Below are positions 38,401 to 49,520 of a DNA stretch of 64,000 bases, piece by piece. Made by a program: the position numbers and the translations under genes. Origin of the DNA: Botryllus schlosseri (taxonomy: Eukaryota); NCBI GenBank assembly GCA_051294905.1, contig CM119384.1:15128001-15192000 (forward strand), given 5' to 3'. Position 1 is the stretch's first letter; each line of letters begins with the position of its first letter. The notes below the pieces were generated by a model, which did not search any database, was not told where the DNA came from, and saw only the letters and a list, made by a program, of their open reading frames with translations.

Positions 38401-39129
38401 TTCCACTCGAAGAATAGTCTCTTAAAAATCGTTATTTCTACTTGATTCGAAATCAGGGCTGTGAAGTCGCTTCACTTCACCACCGACTTCAAATCAGACA
38501 ACCCTCTCTGACGGACTCCAATTCCATCATTCCTGTAAAGCTACTCGGAAGACTATGCATTCAATACATTTTTAGTTATTAATTTTTTCACATGATCAAC
38601 CTATTTGTGAATTAGATATTGAATTTGTGAAAGTTCGCCTACGCGAAAAACTTGATAACTTGTGCACCTGCAACAGCACTCTTAGTAACATTTGGTACGG
38701 GTTTGATGTAGTCCAAAGTGTGTTAACAAATTCCTACTCCATCCAGTATGTCGAGTGTTCCCCGTCTTCAGAGAGTGTTGCATTATTTCTGGGACTCCGA
38801 CTCTAGTAAGAGAAAATTTAACAAAACTCCGACTCCACAGCCCCAAAGCCCACAAACAAATTGATTGCCTTTTCGTATTCAGGGAGGGCATCCAGCACTT
38901 CCTCACCACGCTCAACATGCAGCAGTCCAGCAATCGCGCGGACGGAAAACAAGGCGAGACCTCGCAGAGCATCTGGTCTTCGTTGCGTATGGCGGCGTCC
39001 TACATGAAACACGACGAGGCGTATCGGGCCGCCGAGCAGAGAGACCTAATCGGTTTGAACAGGATTTTCAACATCGACGAAGCCGGTAGCGGCGTTGCGC
39101 ACGACCGCGTCGGTGCTGTTGGACAGTGA
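26467..39129 (+). CDS. PEX5: Peroxisomal targeting signal 1 receptor PEX5 (canonical), 14 coding exons, ~569 aa
   Basis: Exons: 26467-26587, 27237-27335, 27402-27521, 29004-29031, 29227-29283, 31122-31299, 32928-33041, 34186-34329, 34393-34463, 35692-35898, 36855-36996, 37283-37366, 37902-37999, 38883-39129 (sum 1710 nt). Motifs: [34 protein letters not shown] and WTKEY (WxxxF/Y), [12 protein letters not shown] (PEX7-binding-like), [58 protein letters not shown]. The N-terminal small exons are less certain than the TPR exons. Confidence 0.95.
27754..28561. mobile_element. Tc1/pogo-like MITE with a nested foldback fragment
   Basis: TIR ACCGTAAACCGGGGTAACTTTG / CAAAGTTACCCCGGTTTACGGT. The superfamily assignment is inferred from the terminal motif only. 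Confidence 0.7.
29790..30278. mobile_element. TTAA-flanked palindromic MITE (Kolobok- or piggyBac-like)
   Basis: TTAA|AGGGGCACTGCACTC ... GAGTGCAGTGCCCCT|TTAA; ~200-bp arms differing at only a couple of positions, with a ~90-bp spacer. Confidence 0.9.
33860..34145. repeat. Interspersed repeat shared between PEX5 and RAP1GAP introns
   Basis: AGTTCTAGTTG..CACATTTTGAAAA.CCAGCAGT and GAACCCCTCCC motifs recur at ~56190-56398. Confidence 0.6.
38454..38845. mobile_element. Degenerate hAT-type MITE (CAGGGCTGTG..GTCG / CTCCGACTCCACAGCCC)
   Basis: Imperfect TIRs; no TSD found. Confidence 0.5.
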
Positions 39130-40473
39130 AATTTCGATACTTCTGTAGCGTGATATTTTCTTTACTTCGCCGTGTGCTATGTGTACTGTGGCTCCGCGAT
39201 CGTTATATGTCTATGGAATCGTTTTTGTTTGCTCTGACTCGGCTAAATTATGTTTAGCGTCCGGCTTACGTAGCCGTTGCCAAACCTTGCGATGTATTGT
39301 GTGTAGGAAAATATGCCAGCCCCTCTTGGAAGTATGCTTCCAATCGTGGAGTAGGAACATTGGCGTCGTTTTGTTCTCGTGGCTGCCTACGATTGTAACC
39401 GTGTGGCAACGTTGCTGTTTTTGGTCGTTTTCAATAGCGATACTTTTGACGATTAATTTCATCACTATCACTACCAACACTCGTAACTATGCTGATTTTT
39501 TTACGGTGTACTCCGATCTTGAGCTTAACTGTGCAATTAATAATTTATGTTTAATTTTTCGACTAATAAATAATGCTGATGATGAGCTATCCGCTTTGTA
39601 CCTGGTCGATACGCAGTGCTTGTCCCGTGCAATCTGGATTCCGGAATTATGACGATTGTTGAAAAACTCACCAGCACGATTGATCAATTTCGGAGGTCTT
39701 GTTCAAGTTGGCCTACTCTAGGTGGCGCTTTTGGGCATGAAACGGTGATGAGCATTGGACGGACTCGGATAAGTTTCGGACCGTATTTTGCACAATTTTG
39801 AGAAACTCGGGATTTTATTTCTGATTTTGTTTCAGATAGTTGTAACTTCCGCTTCGGATATTTATTATTTATAGATAATTCTAACGTGACGTGATTTCAA
39901 GTCAATAGAAAAAAATCGTCAGCTGTACAGTGTACAATCAAACACGGACAGGAAACAGGTTCTGATAGGACTGGTAACACTAAAGCGCTTCTGTCAAAGG
40001 TCCAAACAAATATATATCAGCTAACAGTACCCTTAGCCTTTAAAAAACTACTCGCGGATCAGCTGTGCAATTAGGATTATGAGGAAAAGTTATTCGATTC
40101 GGATTCTGGACGACATTCGGATTCGCATGGATTTTAGGTTGAAAGTGTTCGGATTTGGACGGATAGTTCCTCCGAGACTCGAGCTGTCGAACGGATTCGG
40201 ATTCTCAGAAATCAATATCCGCTCATCACTGGCATGAGTATGCCGCAGCAACACTTATTATGTCGGGCCGTAATGATAAATGTCAGATTGATCAGGTTTC
40301 AATATTTTCGGAGCCAGAATATGATACTGACGTGGTGTGAAAGTGTGTGATGAAATCGCTCGCATGAGAGGACTTGTAGTTTAGATTAAAGGAGTTGGAT
40401 TATGGCAGTGTTCCCGAAATGGGCGCCAGCAATCCAGAGGGAGGCCAAAGATTTAGCGATAGCAAGTATAACA

Positions 40474-40847
40474 TAGGCTTACCATATTTTGGAAATCTAA
40501 AAAGAGGACACTTTTTCAGAAATTTGAGACTTGCAAAACCGGTCCGCTCAGAGCTCAAAATACCGTTTTTCTCTCCACATTTCTAGGTGGATGACTAAAA
40601 AAAAATAAAGGTCATCTTTTCGCTCAGAGCTAAATTCACCGTTTTTCACTCCGAAATACCCGCCGGAGCGTCACTTCTGTGCTAATTTACGGCATATCAC
40701 TCGCAATTTCCTCTAAATCTGACCTAAATTTTCAAAAAAGAGGACAAAATCTCAAAAAAGAGGACAAAAGGGCATCCTCCGAGGACACTTTCAAAAAAGT
40801 CAAAAACGAGGACAAATCCTCTTAAAAGAGGACGTATGGTAACCCTA
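40474..40847. mobile_element. hAT-type MITE (374 bp, TAGGGTTACC family)
   Basis: TAGGCTTACCATA / TATGGTAACCCTA; perfect 8-bp TSD GTATAACA. Confidence 0.9.
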
Positions 40848-42617
40848 GTATAACAGTAACAGCAGAAAGGACAACCAATAATAATGTTGGTAGGTAATCC
40901 AATCAAGAGAGATAGCTTATGATTACCAAGATTTATCATCGGAGCAAATAATCAATGAGGACAATAAATTGACAATAAAACACTCCAGTAATGCTGTAAA
41001 AACAATTCTTTTTTAGTCCCATGAAGCAACATGGTGAAATAACAGGCCTAAAAACGCTGCTCAACTGGAAGGCCACCAAATTCCATCATGAGAGGCAACG
41101 AATTTAGCTCGAATAAGAGCCGGGAAATGGAACGAAAGGAAAGCTCACGACGCTTATCGACTGAGACAAGGGTGGCATAACGCTACTGAACTGAAATGAG
41201 ACAATGCAAAATGCGGTCAAGGTGTTATAGGCTACGTTACCGCAAAAACATTTCGACGTGAATAATAGGGCACAAAAAGTAGAGATGATTGTGAATCAAA
41301 ATTATTGTGGCTCGTGCGAACTCATTTATATAAGGTTAGCGTGAACTCCTACTACTGATCCCAACACTTCATCTCCGCAAGGCATATGTACACTTGTACA
41401 GTTGTGCAGTGTACGTAGTACGTACACAGGTTAGCATATATTTCTAGTATGCAACTATGCAATATCGCCATAGTGTATTGTGACGCTAAAAACTATGATG
41501 AAGTCACTATGGCTATGACACTTGATCTTCGTAAACTCTCTCTGTCGAGATCAGTGGTTCCCAACCGGTGGGGAATTCCAGGGTTTTTGGTGGAGAACAG
41601 ACGCAAGTCGCAAGGTAGAATATCGCGATTAAAGTTATCATTCACTGCTCTGGACTGCATGCGTCGATGATAATTTTATCGCGTGGTGTTGTGGTGTTCA
41701 CAAAAACACATCTTCAACTCTGGATATCCAATAATGGCGTCATAAACGCGTCTGGCACGAGTAGCATGAAACGTGCAGTGTTGGACAAATAGAAAATTTT
41801 CAGCTTTTCCAAAGTAGATTAGAATTAGATTACTGGCATTTCGCTCTAATTTATTGAAATTAGACAACTAGAATTATATCTAGTTGTCCAGGTCTGGAAA
41901 CGTGATGAAGCTTTCGCATAAGGATCACTTCCCTGGATATTTCTACGCGCGCGGAATCAAGTAGCATCGACACAATCGCGATATCGGATCCATTCATCAC
42001 ATCGGCACAGTGGGCATATTTCGGTTCGGTAAATGCATTCTGCCATGATTTGTGAATCTGGTTTTGTTCTCCTAAACTTCAATGATGCTTGCTACAAACA
42101 CTTGTTTGCCCGTATCATGACACAAAGAATTATATCGAATTCAACATTGAAGCTCACGCGAACACGCCACCTTGTCTTGGATCGGTTACTCCGCTCCACC
42201 TCGATATTATATTTGAAAGTGATCAATCAAACTATTTCCATAAAATCATTCTTCGAGCTACTCTTATTCGAATCGCATGGGACTCGTCGGAAGCCCCATA
42301 CGTAGCTGGCTTCACATCCACAAGCGAAGTTTTCTGTTTTCGCGTGAAATCAAACAATACCGAAATACGATGTGCACAATTTCTCGAAATAACAGATTCC
42401 TCGACTGCATGATGCAATTGTGACGTAACTATGTACCAAGATTATCAAGCCGGAACTGTGACCCACCCACCAAATATAAGATGATTGCTTTCAAATATAG
42501 TATCGAGGTGCAGTAGAGTAGCCTAACTGATCCAGCGTGTTCGCATAAAGCTTCAATACTTAATTCGCCTAAATTATTTTAGTGATAAAGATACACGGGG
42601 GCGGGGAGTTTGTAACA

Positions 42618-44430
42618 AGCATCATTAAAGTTTAGAAGAACAAAACCAGCTCCTCAAATCATGTCAGAATACATAAACTATAGTTATGCCAATCATTGCA
42701 CCGATATGAGGATTGGATGCGGATGCTAAGTCTATGCTTAACAACTCCACGCGTAAAAGTAGTCTGGGCATGGTACGGTATAGTATGGAATTATGGTATG
42801 GAACGAACTTTATGTATGGAATATGGAAAAGCGCAAGTATGGTATGGTATGGAAGTTTCCCAAATATGGTATGAAATTGATTTTCCATACTTCCATACTT
42901 TTTCCATACTTTGACTGTTTTGCCAAAGTCATGATAATGATCGTACTTTCGATTTGTCAAATTGATTGCATAGCTCAGAAAATCGCTCACTGTCCTTGTT
43001 CATATCTCAAATTGCGATTTATGACTCATCCACCCCGGTCGACATCTATTTGGAGACAAAGTTCCGCAACGCGCATATGAATAAAAGCATCATTAATGAT
43101 AATTATTCCAATCTAAATATCATAAAAACGAATGATATTCGACCGCTGTCGCGATACAACTTGCATTTCGCGATGTAAAATTGTATGCTAAGGTATATTC
43201 CAATGCAGTGGTTTCCAACCGGTGGGAAATTTTGGCGTTTCGGGTTCGGAATAGACACACTTGAAAAAAATCTTTACATTGTTGACCTCGTTTATTAAAT
43301 GTCTTTGTGAATTGCCGATCGTATCTCTAATATTTCTCAGTTCATTTGCAATTCAGCAATTCGTATCATATGTTCCTCCAATTAGCGAGAACTGTCTGGA
43401 TGGTGTGATACGCGAGCTTTCGCATAAGTTAGTATTCATTTGTGTGCGAAATAGCGTGCTTGAAATCTTACAGTTCGTTATAATAGCTAATATGCACTGT
43501 ACAATGTACATGAATATGTATTCACGGGGGATCGCGGACTCGTTAATTGATAGCATAGCCGGACTCGTTACAGATCAAATGACATATCTATTTATTTTCG
43601 AGTTATAGTATAGCATGCGAAAGTGTAGCTCATGGGGGCTTACATCTACCATATGCATAAGTTCGTCAACACCAGAAGGTTTATCTGACCTATTCATTAT
43701 TCGGTATCATTGTATCATTGGTGCGTCAGGGCTGTTTAAATGGATAATTTCATCAAAAATAATAAGAATATCAATGCCGGAACTTTCATCACATCGAAAA
43801 TAGAATATGGCTTGATATACAGATCGGGCAAGTTACGAAAGTATGGAAAAGGAATCAAATATGGAATGGAAGAATGTTGCCATGGTATAGAAAATTGTCC
43901 AGTATGGTATGGAAAGATTGTGGCGGGTATGGAGTATGGAAATTTCCCATTCCATTCCATACCATACCATGCCCTACAAATAATATCCAGATTAGTCATG
44001 TGGTGCGTAAAAAAACGAGAGAGACCAAAATACGAGAGAGGTCAGTTTATTCGATTATTACGTCACACTTAAAAGCATGAAATCGCGAAAACATTTTTGC
44101 AAAAATTGTACGAATCGATTTTCGCTATTGTATCAAGCATCATTGAAGTTTAGAAGAACAATACCAGGACCACACATCATGGCAGAATACATATTCTATC
44201 GATATGCCAATCACTGCACCGATATGAGGAATGGGTGCGGAGCGGATGTTACATCTATGCTTTACAACTCTACGCGTACAAATAATATCCAGATTAGTAA
44301 TGTGGTGCGTAAAAAACGAGAGAGGCCCAGATACGAGAGCGGTCAGTTTAGTTGATTATTACGTCACACTTGAAATCATGAAATCGCAAAAACTCTTTTT
44401 GCAAAAATTGTACAAATCGCATTTCGCTAT
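42618..44430. repeat. ~300-bp tandem duplication, first unit split by a MITE
   Basis: 42618-42763 plus 43977-44134 corresponds to 44135-44430. Confidence 0.8.
42764..43976. mobile_element. ~1.2-kb hAT-like MITE with GTATGG subterminal repeats
   Basis: Ends CTGGGCATGGTACGGTAT / ATACCATACCATGCCCTA; decayed 8-bp TSD AAAGTAGT vs CAAATAAT; an empty site is visible in the duplicated unit at ~44270-44290. Confidence 0.7.
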
Positions 44431-44449
44431 TGGATTTCATCGAGTAAAC

Positions 44450-47293
44450 ATGGAAATGTTCGCGAGCTCTGGTCAATTGGAGAGACTGAAAAGGAATAAT
44501 GTGGTGCTTACGGACTTCTGGAATAGCACTGAAGGCATCGCAGGATTCATCTTGAAAAAAATAGACTACGCTTTCGGCAACGTTGGCATCGTATACTCTT
44601 ACAATAACTGGAAAACATCAAATTTCTTCAACGCGATCGAGATGCAGCCCACATATGGTGGGTATAGCATGCATAAATTCCAAATGCAATGGAGGATAGG
44701 CAAAAGGCGGGTTAAGTTTGGAATTGCATACACTTACGATGGCCAAATCCGTATGGACCATAACGGCGGGGAATACTATAAAGTTTGTCGTAACAAGTGT
44801 CAGTACGCTGACTTAGTTCGACGCTATCGACAGTCGGAGCAAGCTCTGGTTTACATCAACGACGAAGAAGAGAGTGATTTTGAAACCGACGAGCTGAATC
44901 GACATGAACCAGAGACTATTAAATGGGACGATCAGGGTCTTGCGTCGGATATCATATCAGTAGAGAAGCTCTCGGGATATGTGCGGGAGATTTTACAAGA
45001 GACTCCGTCTCACCCATGCCGAAAGAGAAAGCCCGACGGGGCTGGTGCAACGCAAAAGAGACGGAAAATGGACATTTCCGCCGATTGGTTTGACGAAAGT
45101 CACGTCGCTTGCTCCATGAAGTTCGAAGATGATGGTGTTATACCCCGAGGCGTCGGGGTCTTTGTGTGGGATACACCGTACTGTGACAGCGACAGCGAGA
45201 GTGGAAGCAGCGTATCGTCTTATGATTCTGACGTAGATTGTTGCAGTGTGGCCACCGACGACTTGTCGTTAGATTCGGCACGTTTTACTGGCTTCGATGA
45301 AGAAGACCGATATAAGCCGAGGTTTTGGTTCTCGTTGTCGGTTTTGGATGATGAAGGTAATGAGTTTTTGCAAAATTGCTTGGATTTCGATGTCCCTTCC
45401 TCTGATCCCGAAATAACGGTCCGACAGTGTTCGAAGGACCACGATGCTGGATATTATCGCTCTGTCATAGCAGAACAGCCTAAATGCGTTCAAAACGATT
45501 ACGAGGATTGTATCGGGTATTCATACTCTGAGCAAGATCAGGGCAAACCAGTTTTATATTGTGCGTTGTCGGTCTGGCATCGCGAAGGGAACAAATTTTT
45601 GCAAGAATGTTTGGATCACGATTGTCAGTCTTCCACAGAAGAACAGTCTCGCACTGAATCGCAATCTGATAATCACCAGCCTGTTCGTGACGACGATAGG
45701 GCTGCGATTATTCCCGGCGCGGAGAACTTTTATTACATTGACGATTCAAGTGACTCCAGCGATGAGGAAGACGAGTATGAAAATTATTTGAAGGATAATG
45801 AATATTTGGAAAAGCAACTTGCGATCACGTCGTATTGCGAATTGACTGCGCAGTATCCTGATAGTAATGATGGTTACGATACATCTTATAATGGCGAACG
45901 ACCTACTACCAGTGGTGTATCGAGTGGAAAACCTGATGGTAGCACTGAACCCGGTGATCATTTTACTTTGCACGAAATGTCACAAACTGTTTATAACGGC
46001 GACGGAGCTGCGACCATTCCCGGAACAGGGAACTTCATGTACATTGACGAGCTGGATGACAGCGATGATGTTGACAGTTATCAAAATTATTTGATGAAAG
46101 TGGAATGTTTGGAAGAGCAAATTGCGATCATGTCGTATTATGAAGCACTTGCCGAGTGCCCGCATAACAATGAGGGTTTCGACACGTCGTTTATGTGCAA
46201 AGACAGCAACAGACCAACAACCAGTGGTGTCTCGAGTGGAAAACTTGAAAGTAGCGCTGAACGTGGCGATAATTCGGCTCTGCGCGAAATGCAAAGAGGA
46301 CTGGAGATCGAGTGTCGCAATGTTGTGGAATATTTTTTAGGCAGAATTTTGTATAAAGTCTGCAATGACCAACAGGTGCAGGATTTCAGTGAATCTACGA
46401 GAATCGAAGAATTACCGGAAGTCGTCTGCGATGAACTTCAAGACAAGGGTGAAAAAGAATCCAAATCAGTCTTAGTCGTTCCCTGTTCGGATCGCAAACT
46501 TGACCGAAGTAAATCGGTCCCAGCGGCACACAGTAATAAGGACAGCGAGGCGTTACGTTTGGACTCACCTGGAGCAAGGTTTGGAGTTCCATGGATTTTG
46601 GTGCGTTCGGGCATCAGAATGCGCAAATTTAGTCGTACCGTGGACTCCGTACGCCAATCTCGCGTCGGTTCATTAGTCTTACGAATGGGTACTTCATTAT
46701 GTCTTCCTGAAAGGTTTTCCATTGGAAAGGTCTTCGATCCAAAACGATTGCTTGTGAAGAATAATGTAAAATATCGCATGCAGTCTATTTCTGTGCCAAG
46801 ATCGAATCCAGCTGGAGCAATCAACTTGTGCGCTGACGATCCTTGGAAGCAAATTTTAAAAGAAGTCTTCCGGCGAGCGCAAAGACGAATATCGCACCAA
46901 GATAATCCTGTTCACTCGCCAACCGCGTCAGACGATATTCGGAACGATATGGCAGAGACACGTCTTCCGTTCCACATACGAACTGACCGTGCAAACCGAG
47001 TGAGACGTATTCGAGCAGCAAATGTCGTGATTGAGCCTTGTCAGGAACGGTGTAGACGCCGTCGACGACCCTTTCAACGGAATCGCAGCGAGTTCAATGC
47101 TTCAAGTACGAACACCTTCTCCGGCGATATTGTAGCGGACGAATTACCTACAATCAATTCAAGTAATTTCACGACTGGTGAAATCACTACATCGAAGTCT
47201 GCTATCAAAAGCAAATGTCGATATTTTAAACCTAAAAATATTATTCGTTTTTTATCTCAGCCTTTTCGAAAATGCAAATCTTTATTTAAATAA
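44450..47293 (+). CDS. Intronless ~947-aa protein with N-terminal CBM21-like (PPP1R3-type) domain, bipartite NLS and acidic repeats
   Basis: Single open frame 44231-47293. The likely ATG is at 44450 (MEMFASSGQLE), because the upstream part of the frame lies inside a duplicated repeat unit. The first ~115 aa follow the CBM21 pattern: IAGFILKKIDYAFGNVGIVYSYNNWKTS...HKFQMQW...RVKFGIAYTYDGQIRMDHNGGEYYKV. Confidence 0.75.
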   Translation: MEMFASSGQLERLKRNNVVLTDFWNSTEGIAGFILKKIDYAFGNVGIVYSYNNWKTSNFFNAIEMQPTYGGYSMHKFQMQWRIGKRRVKFGIAYTYDGQIRMDHNGGEYYKVCRNKCQYADLVRRYRQSEQALVYINDEEESDFETDELNRHEPETIKWDDQGLASDIISVEKLSGYVREILQETPSHPCRKRKPDGAGATQKRRKMDISADWFDESHVACSMKFEDDGVIPRGVGVFVWDTPYCDSDSESGSSVSSYDSDVDCCSVATDDLSLDSARFTGFDEEDRYKPRFWFSLSVLDDEGNEFLQNCLDFDVPSSDPEITVRQCSKDHDAGYYRSVIAEQPKCVQNDYEDCIGYSYSEQDQGKPVLYCALSVWHREGNKFLQECLDHDCQSSTEEQSRTESQSDNHQPVRDDDRAAIIPGAENFYYIDDSSDSSDEEDEYENYLKDNEYLEKQLAITSYCELTAQYPDSNDGYDTSYNGERPTTSGVSSGKPDGSTEPGDHFTLHEMSQTVYNGDGAATIPGTGNFMYIDELDDSDDVDSYQNYLMKVECLEEQIAIMSYYEALAECPHNNEGFDTSFMCKDSNRPTTSGVSSGKLESSAERGDNSALREMQRGLEIECRNVVEYFLGRILYKVCNDQQVQDFSESTRIEELPEVVCDELQDKGEKESKSVLVVPCSDRKLDRSKSVPAAHSNKDSEALRLDSPGARFGVPWILVRSGIRMRKFSRTVDSVRQSRVGSLVLRMGTSLCLPERFSIGKVFDPKRLLVKNNVKYRMQSISVPRSNPAGAINLCADDPWKQILKEVFRRAQRRISHQDNPVHSPTASDDIRNDMAETRLPFHIRTDRANRVRRIRAANVVIEPCQERCRRRRRPFQRNRSEFNASSTNTFSGDIVADELPTINSSNFTTGEITTSKSAIKSKCRYFKPKNIIRFLSQPFRKCKSLFK

Positions 47294-47539
47294 CTTTCAT
47301 GTTTTATTATCTTCTTAATACAAATAGATACGCTGTGCTCTTTACGGATTTTGATTTTTATTGTTGTAAGCATGTCGGCTTCCTGACGATTAGCAAATAT
47401 GGTATTAGGGACATTTCGGTGTCATGTGGGTTTATAATATTGACGGTTCCAACCTAATTTTACACATAGGGTGTTATTGTAAAGGTCTACTACATTCGTT
47501 GTTAAGAAGACTTCGCTTTCCTACGGGTGAGGGTAATCC

Positions 47540-47760
47540 GAGATAGCTCGCTGCATGACTGTGGTGGTTTACGGATCATACATTCCTCCCAACTGTTGGG
47601 AATTTCATCTAGATTCCTCATCCGATCCACCCTCAGGCGCAGAATTACAATACACTAAAGAGCGACAGTGGGCCTTGCTACAGGATGGCAGCTTAGGGAT
47701 AGTAAATAAATATCGCCTCTATAGATGTCCATGGTTACGGTTGTACAAGAAGATTTATAT
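47540..47760 (+). pseudogene. Possible decayed non-LTR retrotransposon endonuclease fragment
   Basis: TVVVYGSYIPPN and WALLQDGS resemble the S-x-Y-x-P-P and LLNDGS motifs of LINE apurinic-like endonucleases. Recognised by eye only. Confidence 0.3.
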
Positions 47761-49520
47761 AGCCGTAAAAGGGGGCTCTCTACTACCCAACGTTGCAGAG
47801 ATATTTGGTACACGAAAACAAGCACATACCTCGTCCGTGACACCCGGCATAACTCTCTGGCAAACTATAATAAAACGCTAGTGTCAAAGAAAATACGATC
47901 ATCGTCATCTCAATCTCGGATTCAAGTTTGTGGAAAAAATATATGAGCAACTGTGATAATCTTAGGTTTTCTGTACGTGGGTCGTCACTATCACTATCAA
48001 GTCTTGACCTTTCACCATAATAACAGGTCTTTCCTGAACAAAGCCTTACCAAGCGTTTTAAGGGGTGAACAAATACAGTCCATACACATCCCCCTGCCTA
48101 CAAGCTCCCCATCTCACCCTGACAAATGAAGAGCATCGCTCTCAGCAGCATCAGGCAACGTTGAAATACGTTTCGCTGAGCTTCAGCTTTTATATAGGTA
48201 ACTGCCGACTGAAAACCACGCCTCTACATGATCGAGGGATTAACTTCACCTATATTACCTCTCTACTGCTTCAGAAAAAAACGCAACACCGTCCGTTTTT
48301 AAACCGATCTTTATTACCGAAATATTCGTCTGAATGATCAACACACGGACGCAAAATATCGACAGTAGAATGAAAGCAGCAACGAAACAATCGTAAGAGG
48401 AAATATACTTATATAGGTTTACGAGAACGATATCGGCTCAAATATTACAAAAGACATCGAGCAGCATCAGCCGCATCGCCGCAGGCTGCCCGCTTAACAT
48501 AAGCATAGGCGTTTTGAAGAATCCGTTTTTCAAACCACAAAACAATTTGCACAACCAAGGCAAGGCAATGTTTCAAAAGGAAGCCGCACACGGCAAGCTC
48601 CGTCGTGACGTCCCAACTTCACGACGAGACAACAGCCCGAACACAAGCAGTTCGAGGTTTAATAGCTTTTACGTATCCGAAGGATAATAACCGAATTTCA
48701 CAAAACCAAATCGCGTATCCATCCATATTTCTGGATGAATACGACAAATAAAAATGGGGTTCGATATCGCGTGGAACTTTTCATGAGCAGCGCGCACAGC
48801 GCGAGGGAACCGAACTGCCCGTTTCCGAGTCGGGAAACGCTGGATAACTTACCAAAAAAAAAAACGAGATCAAAGCAGACATCAAACGAATCGGCGTCGC
48901 TTTGATCTCCCTTTGATATTTCTCAGACAGTGGTTCGGTCCGAAACCGTCTCAAATCGAACCGGGGCGGCGAAACAGAAGCCAAAAATCAAGAGGCCCCG
49001 CGGGGGACATCAAAAGGACCCCGCTCTAATTCAAAGAAGAAAAACGACGGCTTCGAAAATGTCACGAAAATAGAGGAAAAATCGTATTAAAAAAGAACGG
49101 TTACGAGTAAAATTTGTGCAGTAAGAAAAGAGGGAAAGAATATAACCAGCTGAAAAGAATGTTACGAAAGCACGAATCGCGACGCTTTATCGAGGTAGAC
49201 TCGCGCGAGCAGCATTATCACGCCACAATGCACACGATAACGCCAGTCCGAAAGGCTAACTACAGATAGCCGGAACAAGCACTGCCATTGAGTTAGAGTC
49301 AGATTTCCGAATAAAAATAACGATTAATGATGATTCTCGATAAGATTGCAAGGGGTCTGACGTCATGAAGTTTATTTTAGTCCGAAGCGGCGTTGACGTC
49401 ATACGGGCCACAGTGGAGTTCGACCATCTAGGCCACAGCGAGAGATAGCGCACGCCTTTCGCGGTCAGGAATAGTACATCGCCGCGAGTCATCTATACAC
49501 GACAGCGACAGCCAGCCGGG

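Noticed and set aside
42664-44080. Several 60-115 aa ORFs rich in Y/G/M/W or P/Y/H
   Set aside because: Translations of the GTATGG subterminal repeats and interior of a MITE.
44231-44449. N-terminal 73 aa of the listed 1020-aa ORF
   Set aside because: Lies in the duplicated repeat unit; the ATG at 44450 directly precedes CBM21 and is preferred.
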